From NCBI GenBank assembly GCA_963765585.1, contig CAVXXB010000005.1:182402-246401 (forward strand): DNA of 64,000 bases, read 5' to 3'. This document shows positions 31,674-41,991 of the stretch, piece by piece. The notes beneath the pieces were generated by a model. It made no database searches, had not been told where the DNA came from, and worked only from the letters and a program-made list of their open reading frames with translations. A program made the position numbers and the translations under genes. The stretch comes from Calditrichia bacterium. Its GTDB lineage: Bacteria > Calditrichota > Calditrichia > JAJRVZ01. Position 1 is the first letter of the stretch. Each line of letters opens with the position of its first letter.

Positions 31674-33698
31674 ATGCTCAATTCGATGAAAAATGTGCTT
31701 GTTATGAATACTATTTTACAAAAAATTATTTTTATGCTGCTTATTACGACATTAGTATTTGGGCAGGAAAAGAATTATACCGTTTCGTTAACCCGTGGTA
31801 AATTGTGGCATTCCTTTTACCTTACACAGGATTGCGGCCCGATGGGCGACTGGGGTCGCCTTACCTATGGTTTAGATTGGCCCGGTTATGATCCGGACTC
31901 TTTGGCACAAAGCATCGGTGGTGCGAATAGTTATATAGTGTCAGGAGGATTCTATATTGCGGCCTTAAATGATACAGGAAAAGTATTGGGTTGGGCGGAT
32001 TTTTCAACCAAGAATATTGATACTAAGGTAGACTGGGCTGGCGCATCAAATAAATATCTTGTTTCACTGCACGAAAGGCGCTGGAAAAATGGTGAAAACT
32101 ACTGGCTTCAAAAAGACAATAGCGAAGCGGAAGAAATTATTGAAACTAAATGGGCCATAAACGGAGAGTGGTTTGAGCCCACCGACAATCCACCATTGCC
32201 CATCGCAGTAAAACGAACCGTGCGTCAATGGTCAGGATCTCAAGCAGATGAAGACTATATTATAATAGAGTATGTTATCGAAAATACGCAGCGTCGCAAC
32301 GACCTTTATGATGTGTACTTGCTGTTTACGCATGCCATTTCACCAAACTATCGTGGCTGGAATCTGCTGTTTCCTAACCTGAATCAGGGTGCCCGGAATA
32401 CGCAAAGTCGTTATTACCCCGATGAAAAAATGGCAGTGTCTTGGGCCGGTGACTATAAAGCCACACCGGGATTGGATGAAAGTTATGATTTTTTTAACTA
32501 TTTATCGTTTGATCCAATTCTGAATGAAAATATAAGCATTCCTGAGTTTATTGCGCCCGGAGCAGTTGGTATAAAAATCTTATATGCTCCTGCCGATAAA
32601 GATGGCATTGAAAATAAAATTAACGGATTCGCCTGGTCCGCCGGCGCACCGTCTCAGGATTCAGGCCCATTTCAGGAGGTACAAGGTATAAATGCCAAAT
32701 ATGAGGCCACTGCAAATCCGCTATTGCTTACTCGCGCCTTTGACGATGCAAATAATTCTGCGATGGGGGAGAGTCGGCTTTATACGAACTTTTCGCTGGG
32801 TCCGTTTGATATACCAGCCCGTGATTCAATCCGGCTAGTCATAGCTGAATTTGTCGGAGGTATGTCCTATACGCAAGCCAGAGATCCCAATACAACCAGA
32901 GAACTGGTAAAAATAAAAATAGATTCGGCCGTAAATTATCTCAGTCAACGCATACAATATAATTATGACAATGGTTTTCGTGTTCCAATGCCGCCCCATG
33001 CACCTGTATTTAGTATTAGCGCAGATACAGATCCCGGTGCACTGGGAAACGTAATCCGCTTTACAAATGAAATCGAATCTATACCTGATCCGCATCAGGG
33101 AATTGTCGATATTGCCGGATATAGAATCTATCGTTCACGCGAATTACCATTTGGGCGTTGGGAAAAGATTGCTGAATTTGCGGTCGGGGATGAAACATAT
33201 TTCAATTCGGTTGATGCAGTATATACCTTTACTGATGACAAAGTAGCGTTAGGCTATAGCTATTATTATTCTATTACCAGTTTTGATACCGGCCATGATA
33301 GTTGGGTAGTGAATGGTGATCCTGTGGTATCGCTTGAATCAAGTTTGTTCAGCAATCGCAAAGGTCCGTTCAGCACTACATTGCGTCCCACTGATGGCAG
33401 TGTTGACCAGGTAACGGTCGTACCTAATCCGTTTTATCGAAGTTCGGTTGCAACCGGTGTCACAGGTACAGAAAGAGATATCCTGTTTTTAAATTTACCG
33501 GCAAAGTGTACATTGCGGATTTTTACTGTTCGTGGTGATTTGGTAAAAACCATTCATCATAATAATCCATTATCGGGCAAAATTGTCTGGAATCAAATCA
33601 GTGATTTTGGTCAGTTTGTTAAGAGCGGAATGTATTTCTTTCATGTGGAAAGTGAAAATGGAGATGTAAACCGAGGAAAGTTTGCAATTATTAAGTAA
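31674..33698 (+). CDS. Hypothetical secreted protein with T9SS-type C-terminal domain
   Basis: It has a signal peptide and no recognisable catalytic domain. The C-terminus reads VTVVPNPFYRSS...CTLRIFTVRGDLVKTI...GMYFFHVESENGDVNRGKFAIIK. Confidence 0.5.
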   Translation: MLNSMKNVLVMNTILQKIIFMLLITTLVFGQEKNYTVSLTRGKLWHSFYLTQDCGPMGDWGRLTYGLDWPGYDPDSLAQSIGGANSYIVSGGFYIAALNDTGKVLGWADFSTKNIDTKVDWAGASNKYLVSLHERRWKNGENYWLQKDNSEAEEIIETKWAINGEWFEPTDNPPLPIAVKRTVRQWSGSQADEDYIIIEYVIENTQRRNDLYDVYLLFTHAISPNYRGWNLLFPNLNQGARNTQSRYYPDEKMAVSWAGDYKATPGLDESYDFFNYLSFDPILNENISIPEFIAPGAVGIKILYAPADKDGIENKINGFAWSAGAPSQDSGPFQEVQGINAKYEATANPLLLTRAFDDANNSAMGESRLYTNFSLGPFDIPARDSIRLVIAEFVGGMSYTQARDPNTTRELVKIKIDSAVNYLSQRIQYNYDNGFRVPMPPHAPVFSISADTDPGALGNVIRFTNEIESIPDPHQGIVDIAGYRIYRSRELPFGRWEKIAEFAVGDETYFNSVDAVYTFTDDKVALGYSYYYSITSFDTGHDSWVVNGDPVVSLESSLFSNRKGPFSTTLRPTDGSVDQVTVVPNPFYRSSVATGVTGTERDILFLNLPAKCTLRIFTVRGDLVKTIHHNNPLSGKIVWNQISDFGQFVKSGMYFFHVESENGDVNRGKFAIIK

Positions 33699-33728
33699 TC
33701 TTACTAATACCCGGATTGGTCAGAAAAA

Positions 33729-34734
33729 GTGAATTTAAAGCCAACTATGTGCTGCATAATTAAAAATAAATTCAAATTACTGAGTACTTTGTTCCTGACC
33801 GGAATGATACTACTCGGTTCACAAGCCCGGGGTCAGGAATTTCGTAAAGCCGGTACGGCTGGGTTTGTCTTTCTGGAGATTCCGGTTTCAGCTCGATCCC
33901 AGGCGATGGCCGAAACTGGCATCACTATGTCTGATATGTATTCGGAAGGCTTATATGTGAATCCAGACTTTGATCGCGCTCTCGCAGAATCCCCTATCGG
34001 TAAATGCCACCTATTCAAACTGGTATGTAGATACAAAACATATGGCCGCTGGTGTTACATATAAGATTCCCGTCATCGGCATGATTGGATTTTCGATTGT
34101 CAGTTTTGATTTTGGGACGATGAAAAAAACACGTGTCATTTTACAGGATCGCGGTGAAGAAGGAAAATATTTTGATCTGGGCAGTTTTTCAGCTCAGGCT
34201 TATGCCGTCGGACTGACCTATGCGCGTTCACTAACTGAAAGATTCTCCATGGGTATTTCGGTCAGGTATGTACGCGAGACTATCGACCAATTCTATGCCG
34301 ATAATTTTGTCTTTGATTTGGGTTTTATTTATCTAACGGGTTTTGAATCTCTAAGAATCGGTGCATTTTTGCAAAGTTTTGGTCTTGAAACCGCTTATGC
34401 AAATGAGAAATTTCGTATGCCGCAGATTCTCAAAATGGGTCTTTCTTACGATTTCCTTGGAACCATCGGCGATCGCGAGCGATTAACCTTGCTGGCGGAG
34501 GCGATTCATCCCAGTGATGCCAGTGAACGTGTACATCTGGGTATGGAGGGCGTGCTTCTGGGATCAGTTATATTAAGAGCCGGCTACAAATTTGCGTATG
34601 ACAATGAAGATCTTACTATTGGCCTCGGATTAAAGTTTGATTACCACATGCATTCTTTCCGGGCTGATTTTTCATACCAGCGTCACAACTATCTCGAAGA
34701 TACGTTTCGATATTCGCTGGTTGTAGATTTATAG
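33729..34734 (+). CDS. PorV-like / FadL-like outer-membrane beta-barrel protein; frame break near 33990
   Basis: Two overlapping ORFs are involved. The N-terminus reads AGTAGFVFLEIPVSARSQAMAETGI, which resembles the PorV N-terminal motif. The rest is a beta-barrel with alternating amphipathic strands. The family call is tentative. Confidence 0.45.
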
Positions 34735-34743
34735 GAATGTAGA

Positions 34744-35565
34744 ATGAAACAGACAGCTGTATTAATTATTATAATTTGTTCTCTTGCATTGCCAGTGTCT
34801 GGCCAGCAATTATTACCATTAGAGATCAAAATATCCGGCGGGTATCAACAGCCAACAGGTCTAAAGCAGGTTGAAAGCGCAAATGGATTTACCCTGGCTG
34901 GTCAATTGGCCTATACAGCAACAGAAAATCTGAATTTTCATTTTGATATCGGTTTTGACCAAACATCATTATCACAGCAGAATGTGCTGGATGAATGGAA
35001 TTGGGGTTATTGGGAAGAGACATATGTACCATTTCTGCCCGCTGTAGATGTCGAAGAAGTAAATAGGACATTACGCTATGATGATGGCGAGCGGTCGGCT
35101 GTTTTTGAACCGGAACAAAGTTTAAAAGAATTGCGTCTGGCGATTGGATCTGCCTATCAATTAAAATTATCCCAAAATATAACGGGCTTTATTCAATTTG
35201 ATTTTGGTGCATCCAGCTATAGTCGGGAACTGCGTATGACTGAACATTGGACACGACGATTTGAGTTAACAGAATCCAACCCAGATGGTGGTATTGATAC
35301 AACAAACTATAATTATAATTATGATTTACTGCATTTTGCACCGGCAAAGACCGGTTGGCGATTATTTATTGCGCCGGCGATTGGTGCATCTTATAATATC
35401 TCTGAGAGTATTGATTTGGTTGCAGAGACTAAATATCTATATTATTTGAAACGCAGTCAGGTGGAATGGCTGGAAGAATTGCTTTCTATACCGGCTGAGA
35501 GTGAACAATTTTTTCCGTTTGAGGCAAAATGGCTGATTGCGCTTGGTGTCAGATTTAACTATTAA
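34744..35565 (+). CDS. Outer-membrane beta-barrel protein (hypothetical)
   Basis: It has a signal peptide and the C-terminus ...GVRFNY. Confidence 0.45.
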   Translation: MKQTAVLIIIICSLALPVSGQQLLPLEIKISGGYQQPTGLKQVESANGFTLAGQLAYTATENLNFHFDIGFDQTSLSQQNVLDEWNWGYWEETYVPFLPAVDVEEVNRTLRYDDGERSAVFEPEQSLKELRLAIGSAYQLKLSQNITGFIQFDFGASSYSRELRMTEHWTRRFELTESNPDGGIDTTNYNYNYDLLHFAPAKTGWRLFIAPAIGASYNISESIDLVAETKYLYYLKRSQVEWLEELLSIPAESEQFFPFEAKWLIALGVRFNY

Positions 35566-35572
35566 AAATATT

Positions 35573-36217
35573 ATGAGACAATTTCAAAAAATACTTATTA
35601 TTATAATTATTATGGTCAGTGCCAGACTAACTTTTGGCCAGGAGGCCGGGCAGATTGGTGTGGCGGTTTACGGTAATTATTCACAGCCGGTAGCTGGTTT
35701 GGCAGACTGGTTTAAGCCAGCTACTAATATATCAGCAGCTGTTGGTCGTCAAAATGATCCGGATTGGTATTATGCCGGCGAACTGGAATACACGGAGTTT
35801 TCCAAAGAAAATCTGAGTGGATACCCGGCTGGCCGGCTCGCACTAAAATTGGAACATATTGGGATTCTATTCAACGCACGATACCGGTTTGTCAATCAGG
35901 GTGCCTTTAAGCCTTATCTTTCTTTTGCGGTAGGTCCTTTTTATTGGAAAGGAATCAGGGGGGCTATTGCTAAGGATTCAACCCGCAATATTCCTTTTAT
36001 CGATGAAAAATCCCTGGAAGAATGGAACTGGGGTTTCAAAACCGGTGTAGGATTTGAATTGCAGCTTTTACAGGGTTTGCATCTTGACTTCTTGATTTCA
36101 TTTCGTTTTATTGTCGGTGATTTGTGGCCAACTTTACAGCAGTATATTGAACTGGATGGCGTTTCGGGGTTCCAGACTATAAATTACGCAATGGGTGTAA
36201 AATATTATTTTGAGTGA
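35573..36217 (+). CDS. Outer-membrane beta-barrel protein (OMP_b-brl-like, hypothetical)
   Basis: The ATG is at 35573 (MRQFQKILIIIIIMVSARLTFGQE). The C-terminus is ...GVKYYFE. Confidence 0.45.
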   Translation: MRQFQKILIIIIIMVSARLTFGQEAGQIGVAVYGNYSQPVAGLADWFKPATNISAAVGRQNDPDWYYAGELEYTEFSKENLSGYPAGRLALKLEHIGILFNARYRFVNQGAFKPYLSFAVGPFYWKGIRGAIAKDSTRNIPFIDEKSLEEWNWGFKTGVGFELQLLQGLHLDFLISFRFIVGDLWPTLQQYIELDGVSGFQTINYAMGVKYYFE

Positions 36218-36379
36218 ATTATGGCTGGTTGCTACATTTACCAGGATAATTATTAACCACAGAGAACACTGAGATTTATGAATTTTAGAGCCACATTGAG
36301 AATGAGTAATTAGTAATTACATATAACTAACTTTTCCATCCCCGGCTCATTAAAATGTAATATATATACAGGAGGAAAT

Positions 36380-38342
36380 ATGTTTAAATTATTGTTACTG
36401 TTAGTAATAGTGATCACACTTTTAAATCCGGTTAGTGCGCAATATTCGCTGAACTGGAAAAATGATCAGGTTGTCACACCGGGCAATGATGTTACACGTA
36501 GTGCAGTATATAACCGGGCGACGGACCATGTTTTAGTCAGCTACCCGCAAATATGGTACTGATGTAATTATTCTCAACGCAGCTAGTGGTGATTCGGTTG
36601 GCAGGATGGATACAGCTAATTTAAGTGGTGGTACATATCCAATTAATATGATTGCCATAGCCGATGATGGTACCATATATGTCAGTAATTTGTCTGCACC
36701 ACAATTTACCACGGGTTCAACATTTAAGGTGTATCGATATGCAGATGAACAGGCAGCTCCGGAACTGGTTTTTGATGATGCCCTGGGTGATAATCGTTAT
36801 GGTGATGCACTGGCAGCAATTGGCAGCGGTAATAATAAATACATTTATTCATCAGGACAGGGCAACGAAAAAATGGTCGCGCTGCGCGATGATGGATCGT
36901 CCAGCCTGATTAAGGTCGCCGAAGTAACGTTGCCACAGGCGGGTAATGCCCGGCATGGTATTGGTCCGGTCACTCCGGGCGGAAATGTCTGGGTGAACGG
37001 AGCAGATACCGGCGCACCACCGCCCAGCCTGTTGACCAAGGATGGTGTTTTGATAAGTGTAATTCCGGATTCCCTGGCTTCAGCGGGAGGCACATCTTTT
37101 ATCGGAAATTTAAAACTTGGTACTTATAATATTCTAACACTTGTGAATGGTTTTTCAGGTACCATTCGGTCCGTGGAGTATTCTGAAGATGAAATCGGCA
37201 ATATAGCATATGGATATTTTGGTGAAAACTCAGATTCGACGCTGCTGTTTCATCCCACAGGACAGATAGGAAATGCAAATGCCAGCGGAACAATTAGTTA
37301 TGATTCCAAGCGTAATGCCTTAGTCACCGTGATTGGACAAAATAGCGTTAGTTCGGTTAGCTTTGAGGGTATGTTAAAAACCAGCACACCACGCGATAGT
37401 AATCTGGTAATTAATATCGATGGTGTAAATGATTTTTTCCCTACTGATCATGTTGGTACCAGTAATGGTCGCGACATGTTTCTGACCTGGTCAGCAGGTA
37501 AATTCTTCGTAGGTATTACCGGCCAGACCCTGGTTGATCCGTCGGAAACTAATTTTATGTATGTTGCATTTGATCTGGATCCTGCGGGGGGGCAAGGCTC
37601 ATCCACACCACCGGAAGTATCCGGCGGGGTAATTGCACTACCTTTTCTGGCTGATGTGGTCTTTGCTATCGAACCCTGGAAAGAACCGGAATTTATGTTA
37701 GGCACCATTTATAAGTGGAGCGGATCGGCATGGACTTCAACTCTGTTTGATGGGAACCTGGCCAGCGAAGGTGCCCTGGCTTTTGCAGATACAGGGAACG
37801 GCAAACTGGCTGAATTTTCGGCCATAATGAACGAACCCGGTATTGGTACCGATTATACCGATCTGGCGGTGATGGCCTATGTGGCTGAAAAAGAAGCCTC
37901 CGGTGCCGTGCTCTCTGCATTTCCAACAGATAATCCGACTCAGACCGGCGCTGCATTTACTCATTATTTTTATATGGAAAGTCTGGCCGACGGCTTGTTT
38001 CCGACCAATACGGATCATGTACAAATTAAATCTGATCCCTCGGCGATTGACCGGAATTTTACCGGAGTGATCGAGTCATTTGAATTAGAACAAAATTATC
38101 CCAATCCGTTTAATCCTGTTACAACCATCACATACCGGGTTCCGGTTGCATCTCAAATTGATTTGCAAGTTTATGATATTACGGGGCGGCTGGTTAAGAC
38201 ACTGGTAAACAGGCCACAAAAAGCAGCAGGTAAGCATAATGTTTCTTTCGATGCTTCAACGCTTAGCTCCGGGATCTATTTTTATCAGTTGCAGGCTGAT
38301 GGCAAGCAAATACAAACACGAAAAATGATTTTGATTAAATAA
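36380..38342 (+). CDS. Secreted beta-propeller-like protein with T9SS CTD; frame break near 36540
   Basis: ORFs 36380-36562 (signal peptide) and 36606-38342 join in-frame-shifted as ...NRATDHVLVS/ATRKYGTDVIILNAASGD.... The CTD reads FELEQNYPNPFNPVTTITYRVP.... An AGGAGG RBS lies at 36371. Confidence 0.5.
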
Positions 38343-38542
38343 CGGTATCTATTTAGATATTTCAAATTGTATTAGTCTGTGAGGATTTGAATAAATAAAT
38401 TAAAAATGTCCAAATCCAAATGACACAATTTCAATACACTTTATATTACTTAGCAGTATTACGATTGAAAATTGGGATTTGGGAGTTGATTTGTAATTTG
38501 TGCCTGGACATTAATCATTAAGCAGTTTCTGGTAGATAAAAT

Positions 38543-40396
38543 ATGAATAAATTGTTGTCTTTAATCATACTGATTTTCACAATTGCAACACTTACTTCAG
38601 CCCAGCAAAAGGAACTGCGCGGCACCTGGGTGGCCTGGGCCGGAAGCAATTATCCGCAAAAAGAACAGATCGCCGATTGGATGGACCAGCTGGCGGCGGG
38701 TAATATCAATGTGGTTTACGTTGATGTATGGCGATTTGGCTATCCATATTTTCGCAGTGAAGTATTCCACGATCTGACCGGCAAATGGACCGATCCGGGA
38801 TTAGTCGAAGGCCGTGATATCCTGCAGGAAATGATTGCCGAAGGGCACCGGGTGGGTATTGAAGTGGATGCATGGTTCGAAGCCGGGTTTGCAGCTTCTC
38901 AACTGGAAAACCGCGATTTATACTTTAGTAAACCACAGTGGTTTGCTAAAAAACAAAATGGCTCAGTCGATTTCTTTTCAAATGGGGGTCTGCGCTATAA
39001 CTGGCTAAGTCACTGTAATGAAGAAGCACAACAATTCCTGATTGATCTGGCACAGGAAGTGGCGGAAAAGTATGATGTGGATGGGATAGAGTTTGACCGC
39101 ATACGTTATCCCGAATTGGATTGCGGTTATGATTCTGCAACAGTTGAATTATATAAATCCGAGCATGATGGCCAGAGTCCGCCAACCAGTGTTGCAAATG
39201 CCGGTTGGATTCGCTGGCGCGCTGATAAATTGAATGACTTTGTCAACAGGCTTGCAGACTCGATTAAATCTGTCAATCCCGGTCTGACAGTGAGTAATGC
39301 CCCATTGTGGTACGGTTATGAACAATTTTGTCAGGACTGGCCACCCTGGATAAATAATAATTATTTAGATTTGGCAAGTACACAAATGTATTTTGCCAGC
39401 AATTCCCAATTTGAGTACCGCCTGGATATCGAATTACAAAAAGTAACAAATGATGGTGATTTATATCCAGGAATATCAACGGTGGCCAATGGTGAGGTGA
39501 CACCAGAAGCAGAGTTGATAGCCATGATAGAGACGACGCGGTCACGCGGATTACAGGGCAATGTGATCTGGTATCATTTAAACCTGTTAAATTATCTTGA
39601 TGGATTAAAAAATTCGGTATATGCAGAATCGGTGGAATTACCATATCGTGAAGCCGGATGGCGTAAACCGGCGATTATCATCAATGAATCAGATAGTGTT
39701 GTAAAAAAATCTACCGGTTGGGTCGATTATAATGGTATCCCTGGTTATGATAATGGTTGTCTTTATGCCAGCAACGTGGATAGCCAATGGATTGAGTATT
39801 ACGCTTCAATCCCGGATGAGGGGTGGTATGAAGTTTATGCGTATATCATACAATTTTTTAATGCTACCGGATCGGCGACCTATTACATTGCCGACTTGAA
39901 AGGCACACAACGAGTGCAGATTGATCAGACCAAACCAGCGAATGCGCGCTGGACAAAACTGGGCGATGTGTACCTGAACAAGGGGGATTCCCAGCGAATT
40001 GTATGGTTAAACAATGAAAATGTTGGCGATAAGTTTGTTTTTGCTGATGCAATTATGATTTTGAATACCAATCGTGTTCTTGGTCCGACCAGTCATGTAA
40101 ATAATCCGGATAATTATCTTGAGAATATTCCCGATGAATATATTTTAGGTCAAAATTATCCCAATCCGTTCAACAATAGAACAGTTATACCATTTACTTT
40201 AAATGATTCACAGTGGGTGGAAATCCAACTATACAATGTCAACGGTGAACAAGTCCAGACCCTTTATAGCGGCCAGACCAGACCGGGAGAAAATAAAATC
40301 CGGGTTGATCTAAGCCATATGGCCAGCGGGATTTATCTATATGGCATTCACAGTCGGAATTATAACCAATACCGCAAATTGATCTTATTAAAATAA
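38543..40396 (+). CDS. GHL10-family (PF02638) protein with T9SS C-terminal sorting domain
   Basis: The GHL10 core reads ELRGTWVAWAGS...EGHRVGIEVDAWFEAGF...YDVDGIEFDRIRYP. The CTD reads YILGQNYPNPFNNRTVIPF.... Confidence 0.8.
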   Translation: MNKLLSLIILIFTIATLTSAQQKELRGTWVAWAGSNYPQKEQIADWMDQLAAGNINVVYVDVWRFGYPYFRSEVFHDLTGKWTDPGLVEGRDILQEMIAEGHRVGIEVDAWFEAGFAASQLENRDLYFSKPQWFAKKQNGSVDFFSNGGLRYNWLSHCNEEAQQFLIDLAQEVAEKYDVDGIEFDRIRYPELDCGYDSATVELYKSEHDGQSPPTSVANAGWIRWRADKLNDFVNRLADSIKSVNPGLTVSNAPLWYGYEQFCQDWPPWINNNYLDLASTQMYFASNSQFEYRLDIELQKVTNDGDLYPGISTVANGEVTPEAELIAMIETTRSRGLQGNVIWYHLNLLNYLDGLKNSVYAESVELPYREAGWRKPAIIINESDSVVKKSTGWVDYNGIPGYDNGCLYASNVDSQWIEYYASIPDEGWYEVYAYIIQFFNATGSATYYIADLKGTQRVQIDQTKPANARWTKLGDVYLNKGDSQRIVWLNNENVGDKFVFADAIMILNTNRVLGPTSHVNNPDNYLENIPDEYILGQNYPNPFNNRTVIPFTLNDSQWVEIQLYNVNGEQVQTLYSGQTRPGENKIRVDLSHMASGIYLYGIHSRNYNQYRKLILLK

Positions 40397-40412
40397 GACA
40401 ATCAATTATAAG

Positions 40413-40500
40413 TAAATCAGTGTAAAACCGCACCTATCCGCGTAATCCGTGTGCAATGGGCGAGTAATGAATGGCCCAGCGGGTCTCGCTGAATTAAAGA
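40413..40500 (+). repeat. Dispersed intergenic repeat element, copy C (9-mer array plus core); the core supplies the start codon of the next gene
   Basis: It reads taaatcagtgtaaaaccgcacctatccgcgtaatccgtgtgcaatgggcgagtaATGAATGGCCCagcgggtctcgctga. Compare copy B at 43684. Confidence 0.65.
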
Positions 40501-41822
40501 CAATATTATCAAAACATAGTGCCGTTGAAAAAAAGGATAAAGATATTAATAAATTCCTTTTAAGATTTCTGTTATTATTCATTTCATTTTTGAATATTAC
40601 CTGTCAAAACAATACAGATTTAATAAGTGAATCGGATCTTTTTTCTGAGCGCACCAGGTTAAGCAAACGATCCGAATTCAAAAGCCGGCTGATACATCAC
40701 ACGATTGAGTTCGCGCTGTCAAAGAACCTATCCGATAGCACCGAGTCGGATTGGCAGGGGGCATTTTGGGCCATGGGACTTGCCCGTTATCGTTCGCAAA
40801 AAACCGATGTGGCTATGAATCAGGCGCTGGCTGACTTTGATAATCGATCGGATAGTTTTAAAAGGTCGTTGCTGGAAATATTATATACTTTATATGAAGA
40901 TGAATACATCACAGATATCATCAATATTTCTATGCGTACAACAAGTAATAAATTATTTGCTATGTGTGCCATTTATTTAAAGGGATATGACAATGATTTG
41001 ATTGCAAGGATGGTCGCAAAATTTCCAGATTGGCAAAGCGATCCTATCCTTTATTCCTTATACCAGGATTTATCTGGCAATGTATATGAGCGGCCGCCCT
41101 TAGCAGATTTATTGCGACACGATTTTTCGACCAAATCGCCGGTGGTCTTTAGCATTCAGCGACCGGATCGCCGATATCCAGGACTTTTGTTAATCAGGTT
41201 GGCAAATGGTCAGTTTCTCAAGACTGAGAATGATAGTATGTTTTACATCCGGCAATTGGCACTGTCCAGTTCAAATCTTCCTGGCTATCTGGCCAATGGT
41301 AATACACCACAGGGTGTTTTTTCGATGCAGGGAGAATTAATTTCTCAAAATGTTTTTATTGGACCAACACCGACACTGCAGACGGTAATGCCATTCGAAG
41401 TATCTGTGTCCGAATTTTTTCACTCAACCGATACTAAAGGCCAGGAATGGGAAATCAGCAGATATAGCGATTTGCTCCCGGATTCCTGGAAGGAGTATAC
41501 ACCCATCTACGAGGCGTATTATGCCGGTCAGGCCGGGAGAACAGAAATAATTGCGCATGGCAGCACTATCGATCCCGAATTTTATAGGAACGAACCGTTT
41601 TATCCCCTAACACCATCTTTAGGCTGCATGACAGCATATGAAAGATGGAACGATCAAACTGGTGTATGTGAACAAAGTAGACAACTGCAATTGGTTAATC
41701 GACTAAAGAAATCTGGGGATTTGAACGGGTTCTTAATCGTGGTTGAGATAAATGATATAAAAAAGCCGGTCAGCATGGCGGATCTTAGTATCATCGCCGC
41801 AAACAAAAAAATGCAAAAATAA
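40467..41822 (+). CDS. Hypothetical (lipo)protein
   Basis: The ATG at 40467 (MNGPAGLAELK...) lies inside the repeat core. A hydrophobic stretch FLLRFLLLFISFLNITC follows. There is no recognisable domain and the start is uncertain. Confidence 0.4.
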   Translation: MNGPAGLAELKTILSKHSAVEKKDKDINKFLLRFLLLFISFLNITCQNNTDLISESDLFSERTRLSKRSEFKSRLIHHTIEFALSKNLSDSTESDWQGAFWAMGLARYRSQKTDVAMNQALADFDNRSDSFKRSLLEILYTLYEDEYITDIINISMRTTSNKLFAMCAIYLKGYDNDLIARMVAKFPDWQSDPILYSLYQDLSGNVYERPPLADLLRHDFSTKSPVVFSIQRPDRRYPGLLLIRLANGQFLKTENDSMFYIRQLALSSSNLPGYLANGNTPQGVFSMQGELISQNVFIGPTPTLQTVMPFEVSVSEFFHSTDTKGQEWEISRYSDLLPDSWKEYTPIYEAYYAGQAGRTEIIAHGSTIDPEFYRNEPFYPLTPSLGCMTAYERWNDQTGVCEQSRQLQLVNRLKKSGDLNGFLIVVEINDIKKPVSMADLSIIAANKKMQK

Positions 41823-41991
41823 ATGAGATCATGTTCCCAGTATACCACCTCGGACACGGTGACGTTTAAACAATTAAATGTCATTGCGAGAAGCGAAGCG
41901 ACGAAGCAATCTATGGCAAAAGTTCTGAATGGCATATACTTATAACCGATTGAAGAATGTTATAAACATTTATAATAAAGGTGAAATTGAG

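Noticed and set aside
41880-41911. The GC-rich purine-rich string gtcattgcgagaagcgaagcgacgaagcaatc upstream of the NAGPA-like gene
   Set aside because: It felt familiar but I cannot assign it to a known element. The adjacent ctatggcaaaagttctgaatggca appears to be a degenerate copy of the repeat core, so it is folded into that finding.
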